The notes beneath the pieces were generated by a model. It saw only the letters and a program-made list of their open reading frames with translations, had not been told where the DNA came from and did not search any database. Of a stretch of DNA of 33,619 nucleotides, positions 1 to 8,366 are shown in pieces. The DNA comes from Candidatus Thorarchaeota archaeon (lineage in GTDB: Archaea; Asgardarchaeota; Thorarchaeia; Thorarchaeales; Thorarchaeaceae): positions 1 to 33,619 of the forward strand of contig SDNP01000031.1 of the NCBI GenBank assembly GCA_004524445.1, read 5' to 3'. The position numbers and the translations under genes are program-made. Numbering within the stretch: the stretch's first letter is position 1; each line of letters opens with the position of its first letter.

Positions 1-764
1 AAAATGTCACATTACGCAAAATCACCCTCACTCGACATGAAACAAATTTTGCCACGGAGATACCCAAGAAGATCGTTTATCCCAATGCCTTGGAGTTTAC
101 ACTTGAGCTGCAGTACGAAAATGGACCATTGGTGAACGCGAGTGTCCTTCTCTGGGTTCTCAGAGATAGCGAGGTATTGTACACAGTATCACAGAGAACG
201 AGTCTCGCAGGTATAGTTGCCTTTGAAGTTGCAGGACTTCAGAGCGGAAACTACACCGTTATCTTAGAATATGAGGGGTCGAATGATTTTTCCGATTGCA
301 GACTTCTTACTGGTTTGGTAGTCCTGCCTGAAGTGAACCTGGAGTTATCTTTGCTCAGCATGCCATACGCAGAAGTTACGGGTGACCTTCAGTTATCCTT
401 GGTCATTGGAGGCATTGACCCTCTCTGGACAGGTACACTCATTGCGGAGATAGTGGGTAAAGGAGGTTTCTCTGAGAAGTTGCTCGAAGTGGTCGTGGGA
501 CCAAATGCCACCAGGAGCGTTTCAATCCTCTTGGAGCAGGAGGGCAATTATACAATACGATATGGTGTCACCGGTGTCCCTCTGCTTGGAGACCTGTTCT
601 ATTCCTCTAGTATAGTGGTAACGGCTAAACCGCTTTCTATCCCAATGGATGAAGCCAGCTTTCCTGTGGCTATAAGCGGCGTCGTTCTTGGCATCATTGG
701 ACTTATCCTGAAGAAGAAACTGGGAATTGCGATTGAAGAACTGCCCACAGACTGGGACGCCTAA
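1..764 (+). CDS. 5'-truncated membrane-anchored surface protein (Ig-like beta-sandwich domains, C-terminal TM helix)
   Basis: The frame is open from position 3 (NVTLRKITLTRHETNF...), so the gene starts before the window. It is beta-rich with Ig-like motifs (GNYTVILEYEGS, GNYTIRY) and N-x-T sequons, and ends in a hydrophobic helix (FPVAISGVVLGIIGLIL) followed by KKK. Confidence 0.75.
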   Translation, partial: NVTLRKITLTRHETNFATEIPKKIVYPNALEFTLELQYENGPLVNASVLLWVLRDSEVLYTVSQRTSLAGIVAFEVAGLQSGNYTVILEYEGSNDFSDCRLLTGLVVLPEVNLELSLLSMPYAEVTGDLQLSLVIGGIDPLWTGTLIAEIVGKGGFSEKLLEVVVGPNATRSVSILLEQEGNYTIRYGVTGVPLLGDLFYSSSIVVTAKPLSIPMDEASFPVAISGVVLGIIGLILKKKLGIAIEELPTDWDA

Positions 765-980
765 CATTTCGGAAACGAGGCAACACCATCTCGCCAATGT
801 ACGAGTCGCTGGCTAGAGCCATTGAAATCATGCATTATACGAGAATTATGCGTCTGTCAGCTATATCGGTCCTGTGCTTATGGGCTTTCATCCTGCTAGC
901 AATTGATGTATTTCATCACAATAATGCTAAATAGAAAAGATTTGACTGTTCCACCAACGCTAACAAAGGTGAGCTAAATT

Positions 981-2015
981 ATGGCATCCGAAGCACAACC
1001 TACAGCTGCGGACACATTCAAGTGCCCAGTCTGTAACGGCAACGTTTCGACCGGCCCAGATGACGTCGTCATAACATGTGGCTACTGTGGCTCAACTACA
1101 ACCATTGAAGGGAAGGCGATTGGCGAACACTTGATGGAGACCGCTGTTGATAAAGACGAGCGGTTGAAGCATTTTCGCGACTTTCTTGACAAGAATAAGG
1201 GCATCAACAAAGGACTTGTAGACGGTGCTCAGGTAGTTGAGAATTCCTTGATATTTGTGCCAGTTTGGACAGCCAAGGTGAAAGCCGACAGCTGGTATAA
1301 GGGATACAAGACAGTTCAGGTTCCAGTCGAAAAGACCGAATATTACACTGATAGTGAAGGAAACAGAAAACGTAGAACGGTGACGGAGTATAAGACTGGA
1401 TACGTGCCCGTTCAGGATGAGATTCACACCGACACTGACGAGCGCCTGTTGGCTCGAAAGGGAGCTCGTTTTTACGGTCTGGAACAATACTTGGATGAGA
1501 TCGACTTGGGGAAGACCCAGCAATACAATTTCGAACTGATCAAAGACATGAACCCTACCATGCTGAACGCAGAAATCGGTCAGGATGAGTTTGAGACTAC
1601 AGTACATGGGCGAGTGGCGGATCGTCACCGTGCCCAAGCAAAGAGTGGGCTGGCAGAGCTGTTCGACTGCAGAACCAAGACAAATGTTCGAGGGAGCACG
1701 TATCTGCAAGCACCCTTTTCGCTGATCAGGTACAAGTTCCAAGGTGACCTGTATAAGGCTGCCCTGAACGGAAGGACAGGCGATGTCGTTCTGGGAGAGA
1801 TTCCCATAACAAAGGGACAGCGTATTCTCTGGACCCTTGTTGGAATCATTGGAACGGTAGTTGCTGGTGCGGGCGCGGAGATTGCTCGATTGGGTTACTT
1901 CGCTGATATGATGACCTACCTGGCTGGCGGTGCGATAGGTGCAGTCGTTGGTGTGGTTTTGGCAATCTTTGGATTCAAAACATTGCTGATGACTCAGCGG
2001 GAGAAGACAGGGTGA
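981..2015 (+). CDS. Zinc-ribbon membrane protein, YdjG-like (TFIIB-type Zn ribbon, two C-terminal TM helices)
   Basis: CPVC...CGYCG ribbon; FVPVW and ALNGRTGDVVLGEIP motifs typical of this family; two Gly-rich TM helices; GGTGA RBS upstream. Confidence 0.7.
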   Translation: MASEAQPTAADTFKCPVCNGNVSTGPDDVVITCGYCGSTTTIEGKAIGEHLMETAVDKDERLKHFRDFLDKNKGINKGLVDGAQVVENSLIFVPVWTAKVKADSWYKGYKTVQVPVEKTEYYTDSEGNRKRRTVTEYKTGYVPVQDEIHTDTDERLLARKGARFYGLEQYLDEIDLGKTQQYNFELIKDMNPTMLNAEIGQDEFETTVHGRVADRHRAQAKSGLAELFDCRTKTNVRGSTYLQAPFSLIRYKFQGDLYKAALNGRTGDVVLGEIPITKGQRILWTLVGIIGTVVAGAGAEIARLGYFADMMTYLAGGAIGAVVGVVLAIFGFKTLLMTQREKTG

Positions 2016-2020
2016 TACTA

Positions 2021-2989
2021 ATGGCAAGATGTGCATTTTGTGACGCTAATTTTGAAGCTGGAAAAGGAGACTTATTGCTGGTCTGTCCGTACTGTGGAAC
2101 AGCTCAGACGAAGGAAGGAGCTAAATTCACCGATCATTACATGATTCGGGTGCATTTTCCACAACACGAAGCTCAGACAACCCTTCTTGACTGGGTATCC
2201 AAGCAGCTTGGCGTGCCGGAAGACCTACCAACAAAGGCTCATTTCCTTGGATATGAACAGATCTGGTATCCATTTTGGGTATCACGAGTTGACGCCTCCA
2301 CCAACTATGTTGGGCTTGGAAAGGACGCGAACTTCCATAATGAATGGCCGCAGCGCCGAGGGGCTTACAAGAATATCGACTTCTATTGGAAGAAGGAATC
2401 AGGCGAATTCACTCGTAGACACGAGATCAAGGTTCCTGCCGTCGACAACATTGACCCAGATGTTGCAGGTCATCCGATTCCTACTAGGTCGAAGGAGTTT
2501 TTCAGCCACTCTCACGCTGAAGAACACGGTGGCAAGGTCCTACACAGTAAGCTTGACGAAAGCCAGGCAAAGGCGAAAGCTAAGGAGGCCGCTTATGAGC
2601 GACAGACTGCTCTCGTGCTAGACGAGGTTGACAAGATTGAGTCTCGCGATGATAATATCGAAGTGGGCGATACCTTTCTCATTCACGTACCGGTCTGGGA
2701 GCTCCAATATAGGTACGGCAACCGGAAGTATAAGGCTTCGGTTGCAGCATCAACTGGCTATGTCATTGAGAGCAAATATCCTCGGTCGATGGCATTCCGT
2801 GCAATGGGCATAGGAATCGGTTTGTTTCTCCTGCTTGCTGGTGCTGGATTGATTACGCTAGCCCTTGGTCTGCTGGGCTTGACTCTCTTTCCTGCTGGCG
2901 GTCTTGTGTCAGGCGGTATTCTTGGTGCAATGGGTTTTGTGCTTATGTACAAGGGTGCATCACGTAAAGAAGCCAAAGAAAAACTCTGA
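2021..2989 (+). CDS. Zinc-ribbon membrane protein, YdjG-like paralogue
   Basis: CAFC...CPYCG; WYPFW, IHVPVW and VAASTGYV motifs; two C-terminal TM helices. ATG 2021 is preferred (GGTGA just upstream); GTG 2012 is the alternative. Confidence 0.7.
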   Translation: MARCAFCDANFEAGKGDLLLVCPYCGTAQTKEGAKFTDHYMIRVHFPQHEAQTTLLDWVSKQLGVPEDLPTKAHFLGYEQIWYPFWVSRVDASTNYVGLGKDANFHNEWPQRRGAYKNIDFYWKKESGEFTRRHEIKVPAVDNIDPDVAGHPIPTRSKEFFSHSHAEEHGGKVLHSKLDESQAKAKAKEAAYERQTALVLDEVDKIESRDDNIEVGDTFLIHVPVWELQYRYGNRKYKASVAASTGYVIESKYPRSMAFRAMGIGIGLFLLLAGAGLITLALGLLGLTLFPAGGLVSGGILGAMGFVLMYKGASRKEAKEKL

Positions 2990-2994
2990 TTTTC

Positions 2995-3032
2995 GAGAGG
3001 GGAGGTCACTCCTCTCTCAACTTATTTTTCTT
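2995..3032 (+). terminator. Hairpin plus U-tract terminator
   Basis: GAGAGGGGAG-gtca-CTCCTCTCTC (10-bp stem with one G-U), then AACTTATTTTTCTT, between convergent genes. Confidence 0.6.
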
Positions 3033-3048
3033 GCAGTACTCTTTGAGA

Positions 3049-4188
3049 TCAAGTATAGCTCAAGACACTGGGTGCTGTCATCTTCTTCATCTGTTGCAGG
3101 TCCTCTATCCATACACTGAGTGGAGGATCTAGTACTGCATCCAGAACATTCAACATTTCATCATATGAATTCAATTCAGTGTAGTCGCTCTCTAATGCTG
3201 CTGACACGCCTGCCCTGGGAATCCAGCCATTCAGAATTTGGTTCCTTACGTTATTTGAAAGATGGAAAACAGTGATTTTCATGCCGCTCTTCTTTTTCCA
3301 CATATGTTGCATTGCGGAGAGCTTTGCAGAATTTGCATATGACGCAGTTCTGGCATCTGATGCTCCGATTTCCTCATCACTGGAGGAGAATCCTCTTCTA
3401 GTCCGCCCCTGATATCGTTCCACTCTGAAGTAGTCGAGAGCAGGTTTTCCAGGGCAGGAAACTACCACCATAAGTTCACCAAGTGGGCGAGAAATATGGA
3501 TTCTATATTGATCTCTTGGTTCTATATCAGCAAACATATTCTGCACATGAGAGGAAACTGTATCTGCTACAACTCTTGATGCGTTGCTTGTCGGAAGAAG
3601 TCTTCGATTCTGGTGCCTGCCAAGCAATCCGACAGATAAAAGTCGCGTGACTTGCTCAAGTGAATAATCGTAATCAAGGAGACGTAGGATTCCTTCGCAA
3701 GCAGGTATGTCCTTTCCAGAGATTTTCTCAGCTACCTTACTCACTTCTGGTTTTGAAATAATCTCAAATGAATCTGCATGAACCTCCGGACTGCTTGGAA
3801 GAGAACCGAAACGCATGATGAGGTCACGTGGAGGCAGGGTGGTCGCCTCCACGCTCAAAGCAACAGGGCTCACGGAGAGTGCAATGGTCCGTAAGATATC
3901 AACGGCATATCTGGGTCTCATTGTGCGTGCATCTACCGGAAGTGAGAAGAAGTATAGATTGCGACGCATTGAGACGATAGCATCACGGTTTAGACCCATC
4001 CATGCTTCAGGGTGGTCATAGATTGAGGTAAACTCAGAAGGTTGCGGTGTGGCAAGGATACCCGCCCTGAGCCTTGGATACTTTCCGGATTCGATGAATA
4101 TCCCGGGCGGTGAGAAGACTGTGAGGTCGTGTCTAAGAGAAACATCACTTAGTTGTAGCTGTGTTGTTACCGTTTGACCTGACGACAA
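3049..4188 (-). CDS. Divergent Nre-family archaeal DNA repair protein
   Basis: SPPGIFIESGKYP, YDHPEAW...IVSMR, LSVGLLG..RRLLPT and YANSAKLSAMQHM correspond in order to Nre motifs (SPPSvFvG.gYP, D.Pe.W, lSvG.lG..RrLVPTRWS, YYAarLavlE). TTG start with GAGGTG RBS. Confidence 0.7.
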   Translation of the reverse strand: MSSGQTVTTQLQLSDVSLRHDLTVFSPPGIFIESGKYPRLRAGILATPQPSEFTSIYDHPEAWMGLNRDAIVSMRRNLYFFSLPVDARTMRPRYAVDILRTIALSVSPVALSVEATTLPPRDLIMRFGSLPSSPEVHADSFEIISKPEVSKVAEKISGKDIPACEGILRLLDYDYSLEQVTRLLSVGLLGRHQNRRLLPTSNASRVVADTVSSHVQNMFADIEPRDQYRIHISRPLGELMVVVSCPGKPALDYFRVERYQGRTRRGFSSSDEEIGASDARTASYANSAKLSAMQHMWKKKSGMKITVFHLSNNVRNQILNGWIPRAGVSAALESDYTELNSYDEMLNVLDAVLDPPLSVWIEDLQQMKKMTAPSVLSYT

Positions 4189-4409
4189 TGAACGTCACAC
4201 CTCTTTTGCTATAGCAGGTGTTAGTTCTAGTCTACTGCTAAGGAAATTCTGACAGGGCGTTGTCTGCCTGAGCGAATAGACACATGGTGGGGGGAGATAT
4301 CCGAAAGTAATCTAATCAGGACTTGGGCGATTGCTGAGGCGCATTGATGATTGTGTATTCTCAATACTCTTAAATCGTACTCCTGATTCTCAGAAATGAC
4401 GGGATTCTG

Positions 4410-4862
4410 ATGGATATTCGAAGTCAAATAGAAGAATACTTCGATTTGTTGGATATGAAGTATGAATGGAATGAAGATGCCGAGGCATTTGAGCTTGTCT
4501 TTCGAGAACGCAAGGATGAATTGCCTGCCAAGGCTGGTTTTGAAGAGGATGGGAATTACTTCCGCTATTCAATTTGGGTAAAGCCAATGACCAAATGGAT
4601 ACAGATATGGTGCGATGTCTATTCATTAGAAGATATCCCGGCTGATAAGAGGGAGAAAGTGTTTCTTGATCTTCTGCAAAGCAATCGAGAATATGCAGAG
4701 GTTTGTTTTGATTATGAAAAGGACCGACAAATGATTGGAACATCTCAGGAGATGATGATTCAGGGTCTCAATTTCGATGCATTTCGAGAGGAGTTTTTGG
4801 CTGTTCCTTGGTCTGTTAAGAAGTTCTGGACAAAAATTGCAAAGGACTATGAATTGAAATAG
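4410..4862 (+). CDS. YbjN/CesT-like (type III chaperone fold) protein
   Basis: 150 aa, acidic; pattern 'IEEYFDLLDMKY...VFLDLLQSNREYAEVCF' fits the family's LL..N......F motif. Confidence 0.55.
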   Translation: MDIRSQIEEYFDLLDMKYEWNEDAEAFELVFRERKDELPAKAGFEEDGNYFRYSIWVKPMTKWIQIWCDVYSLEDIPADKREKVFLDLLQSNREYAEVCFDYEKDRQMIGTSQEMMIQGLNFDAFREEFLAVPWSVKKFWTKIAKDYELK

Positions 4863-6068
4863 TCATATCAAACTCATTTTCAGTTTCTTTACCAGTTCAT
4901 TATAGAGCTCTCTGGGATCTTCTACATCTGTAAAGCCGCCATTGTATGCGTCTCCGCTTCCGCCACCTCTACCCCCAAGATTAGTGACTATATCCCCGAT
5001 ATACTCTGAAGCATCCCTTTCCAAGAAATGAGTCCAGAAGATGAGATTTGATTTCTTTCCAGGGGAGAAATACAGAAGTGCGGTAGGTCGATCGAAACTC
5101 ATCGGCATCAGAATTTCTCGCATCTCTTTTATTCCGAGTCCTGGCAGGAATTCGTGTCTAAATTCAATTCCTTCTAACTCTTCGATGTTCGGTCCTTTGC
5201 AAAGAAGTTCGGCTAGTTTGTTTGTCATTTCCTCGATCTCTTCTGCAGTACGTTTGGCTTTATCTAACACAGGACCAATCTGATGCATTTCAAAGGGATA
5301 GGATTTCTTTCTTGGAAGAATCTGATTGTATATCTGTGATAGAATACTCAGTGCTTGCTCAGCAGTTGCAAATTCTACTCTCAAGCCGGATTCTAATGAG
5401 CTATAATCGAGAATCTTGAAGGCATGAATCTCTGAAGTATTGGACACATGAGTTCCTGAGCAAGCTGACTCGTCAACTCCTTCGACTTGAAGAACACGGA
5501 TATAATCATGTTTGTCCGTAATGCCTTCGCGGGCTCGTATTGACTTGTCCAACTCTTTTGATTCAATGTACCGAGTATTCACTGGGATACCCCCCATTAT
5601 CCATCTCTGTACCAGCTCTTCTGCAGCAAACAAGTCCGATTCATTGACTTTCCCAGCAATCTCGATAGTTCCTTTTATCCCATCAATCCAAATGTATCCC
5701 AGTTCAGAGTTTGACTCCGCCCGTTTCATTGCATTCATAAACAGATGTTCTGCCGTATGATTTCTCATCATTGCTAGGCGCCAGTTTTTGTCAATTTGAA
5801 TTTCGCATTCTTGTTCTTCAATGGGCTCCGAAGTGAGAAGTGCAATTCCATTATCTGAAGAAACGGTATTTGAAAAGGAAATTTCTTGGTCATCTACTTT
5901 GATTATGCCTTTGTCTCCTGCCTGACCTCCACCCTCGGGTCTAGCGATTTCGCTGCTAAGCCCTACCAGAAAATTATCGCTCTGCTTTTTGCAGCTCACA
6001 ATTCTTGCGTCAAACACAAATCTGTATGGTTCTTCCCAATACGGGTAATCCTCTTTCATGACTGGCAC
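4863..6068 (-). CDS. alaX: AlaX-type alanyl-tRNA editing protein with C-terminal DHHA1/C-Ala domain (AlaX-L-like)
   Basis: PEGGGQAGDKG Gly-rich motif; Zn ligands HTAEH (HxxxH) and CSGTH (CxxxH); C-terminal GGRGGG; no aminoacylation domain. Confidence 0.85.
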   Translation of the reverse strand: MPVMKEDYPYWEEPYRFVFDARIVSCKKQSDNFLVGLSSEIARPEGGGQAGDKGIIKVDDQEISFSNTVSSDNGIALLTSEPIEEQECEIQIDKNWRLAMMRNHTAEHLFMNAMKRAESNSELGYIWIDGIKGTIEIAGKVNESDLFAAEELVQRWIMGGIPVNTRYIESKELDKSIRAREGITDKHDYIRVLQVEGVDESACSGTHVSNTSEIHAFKILDYSSLESGLRVEFATAEQALSILSQIYNQILPRKKSYPFEMHQIGPVLDKAKRTAEEIEEMTNKLAELLCKGPNIEELEGIEFRHEFLPGLGIKEMREILMPMSFDRPTALLYFSPGKKSNLIFWTHFLERDASEYIGDIVTNLGGRGGGSGDAYNGGFTDVEDPRELYNELVKKLKMSLI

Positions 6069-6238
6069 CTATTATCAATTCGATGACAGAGGGCTATATT
6101 GCAACTGAAATAAATCCATTAATGGCATGGATTCATGCATTGAATAAGCCCTTCTCATCTCTTTAGTTGAGCCGAAACCAATAAAGGATGTGCCTATTTG
6201 CCTTTACAAGTTCGTACAGACACTTGAGGTAAGAGAAC

Positions 6239-7486
6239 ATGTTTGATTTCCTGAGGCGAGATCCCATCTCAAAAGCAAAGAAGCACGTGGAAAAGGCTTT
6301 GACAGAGGTTGAGGAAGATTATCCCGATTATGCCAGCGAGGAATTTGAGAAGGCTGCTGATTTCTTCTTTGAGGGTGGAAGGTCAGATATGGCCATCAAA
6401 TACTTCCGAGAGGCTGCTTACTATGCACTCGTCCATGATGATCACGTGAGAAGTGCGCGACTCAAGAGCAGAGCAGCAGAGATCCTCCTCATGGACGCCA
6501 AGTTTAAGGAAGCAGGTAATATGTATGCTGAATCCTCGGACCACCTCTTCAGAGGGAAGAAGAATAAAGAATCTGTGCGAGCTCTATCTCTTTCCGTGCT
6601 CTGCAATTTAGCCGCTAGAAACTTCGATACAGCTGTGAACTTAACTAAGAAGACAGAGAAGAGAGCTACTGCAGGTTCAGTACAGAGCGAATCTATGTAC
6701 GAGCTTGCACGAATCTGTGTAGGAGTCTTGGTTGAAGGTTATGATGTCGAGTTGAAAACTCTAGAAGATGCCGTCAGCTCGGTAAAGACGAAACAAGCTG
6801 AAAAGGCATTGATTGTTTTTCTGACGAAGTCCGTGCGCTATGCTATGGAAACCGAAGTTGTTATTGAATGGGCGGGAAAAGAAAAGGAGAATATCAATGC
6901 AAAACAGCCAATTGAATTCGAGCTACGATACAACTCACCGATTCCCGTTCGCCCTGTTGATTACCGCTTTTCCCTTTCAAATAGTGTTGCATTTGTAAGA
7001 GAACCAGAAATCAAACCCAGAGCTGCAACTGATGAGTCATGGCTGATGATTGTCAAGCCAGTCCTGAGTGGTAAAGGCACTGTTGGCCCGTTCTACTTGA
7101 CTCTTGAGGGAAATGAGATGCTAGTATACAAACATAGTAACAAGATTGATTTTGAAATCTCTCGTGCACCCGCTCAATTGGAAATGGAATTAACCCCTCA
7201 GCGGATATCATGTGACGTTGGAGATGAGATTGTATTCGATGTTAGTTTGACAAACCGAGGAGAGGGCGCAGCAGAGAATGTCTGTGTCAATATGGACCTC
7301 AGCGATGGATTAGAAATTTCTCTTGGCGGTAACGAAAAGAATATACAATTCATAGGAAGTGGCGAAAGGATGCTCTTCCAAGTATACGTAAGAGGTGTCA
7401 GTAGTGGTGATCAAATGATATTGATACGTGTGAATTGTACTGAGTCAGAAGAGATTACCAAAGCTGCGCAAGTAGCTGTAGGCTGA
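6239..7486 (+). CDS. SNAP/TPR-like alpha-solenoid fused to two Ig-like (BatD/CARDB-type) domains
   Basis: The N-terminal ~200 aa are helical A..F/Y..AA repeats. The C-terminal half is beta-sandwich (GKGTVGPFYL...SNKIDFEI; VGDEIVFDVSLTNRGEGAAENV). No signal peptide; GAGGT RBS. Confidence 0.6.
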   Translation: MFDFLRRDPISKAKKHVEKALTEVEEDYPDYASEEFEKAADFFFEGGRSDMAIKYFREAAYYALVHDDHVRSARLKSRAAEILLMDAKFKEAGNMYAESSDHLFRGKKNKESVRALSLSVLCNLAARNFDTAVNLTKKTEKRATAGSVQSESMYELARICVGVLVEGYDVELKTLEDAVSSVKTKQAEKALIVFLTKSVRYAMETEVVIEWAGKEKENINAKQPIEFELRYNSPIPVRPVDYRFSLSNSVAFVREPEIKPRAATDESWLMIVKPVLSGKGTVGPFYLTLEGNEMLVYKHSNKIDFEISRAPAQLEMELTPQRISCDVGDEIVFDVSLTNRGEGAAENVCVNMDLSDGLEISLGGNEKNIQFIGSGERMLFQVYVRGVSSGDQMILIRVNCTESEEITKAAQVAVG

Positions 7487-7489
7487 GAA

Positions 7490-8242
7490 TCAATCGCCGT
7501 TATTCTGTCTGCGACGTTGTTTGTGAATCTCTTCACGAATATCTAGACATGCTCCCATGACAGAACGAATTGTTTCTTCCTTTTCGAAGGACTTCAGCAA
7601 ATCATCAGCATCATCTAGTTTATCTTCTGCAAGTGCCTGGCTAAATAATAAAAGTGTAGAGAGCCACTCCCATCTTGTTTTGTCTATAACTCTCTTTGCC
7701 TTGTCAATCAAATCTTTAGCTTTACCCATTTTATCGATTGTAGCATATCCCATAGCTGCAAGTGATAGATCAATTACTGCTCTTTCTGCCTTCCCAGCGT
7801 CCAGAGCCTTTTCCGAGGCCTTCTCATAGAGACTTGCCATATTCTTTGCTGCAGTCAAGAAGTATTCATCATTTCCTAACTTGTGGCATGAAAATGCTGC
7901 CCACAGATAAGCTTGTGCCGCTGTTTCAGTCATGCGTTCAAGTAGCGCCTCCTTCGCAGAGTTTTCATAGAGAGTTAACGCAGTTCCAAAGTCGCTTATT
8001 TGCCGATATTCAGTTGCAGCTTCGAAATAGGCCGTTGCTGCTGCCTTATGGTCATCTTCTTCGACGCTGGCCTCCGCATACATGTGATAGTACTCGGCAG
8101 CCTTTTTTGTCAGATCCAGAACTCTGTCCAAGTAGCACGTGGACGCTTGCTTGAATCTATTTGCTGCTTCATAGTACTTCTCGGCCTCTGCAAATTCACC
8201 GGCTAGACGTTCCCATTGTAGGCATTCGTTTTCGGAATACAT
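7490..8242 (-). CDS. Alpha/gamma-SNAP-like helical repeat (TPR-like) protein
   Basis: Ala-rich repeats with ~20-residue period: YYEAANRFKQAS, HKAAATAYFEAA, FGTALTLYENSA, TETAAQAYLWAA. Confidence 0.6.
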   Translation of the reverse strand: MYSENECLQWERLAGEFAEAEKYYEAANRFKQASTCYLDRVLDLTKKAAEYYHMYAEASVEEDDHKAAATAYFEAATEYRQISDFGTALTLYENSAKEALLERMTETAAQAYLWAAFSCHKLGNDEYFLTAAKNMASLYEKASEKALDAGKAERAVIDLSLAAMGYATIDKMGKAKDLIDKAKRVIDKTRWEWLSTLLLFSQALAEDKLDDADDLLKSFEKEETIRSVMGACLDIREEIHKQRRRQNNGD

Positions 8243-8270
8243 CGTAATCTTGCTCCAACGACCACTAGAT

Positions 8271-8291
8271 ATGGAGTATACTATACTCTAT
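8271..8291. promoter_or_regulatory. Inverted repeat overlapping the likely TATA region of the SNAP-like gene
   Basis: ATgGAGTATA-C-TATACTCtAT, 29-49 bp upstream of the minus-strand start at 8242. Confidence 0.4.
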
Positions 8292-8366
8292 TTCATAAGA
8301 CATTGTGGCATAGAAATATGTTATGTGTCTGAATACTTACCGTGTTTTCAAGGGAGTTTGCTTTCT

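Noticed and set aside
1092-2036. 314-aa antisense ORF
   Set aside because: It lies almost entirely opposite the well-supported zinc-ribbon gene and has no motifs; a codon-bias shadow.
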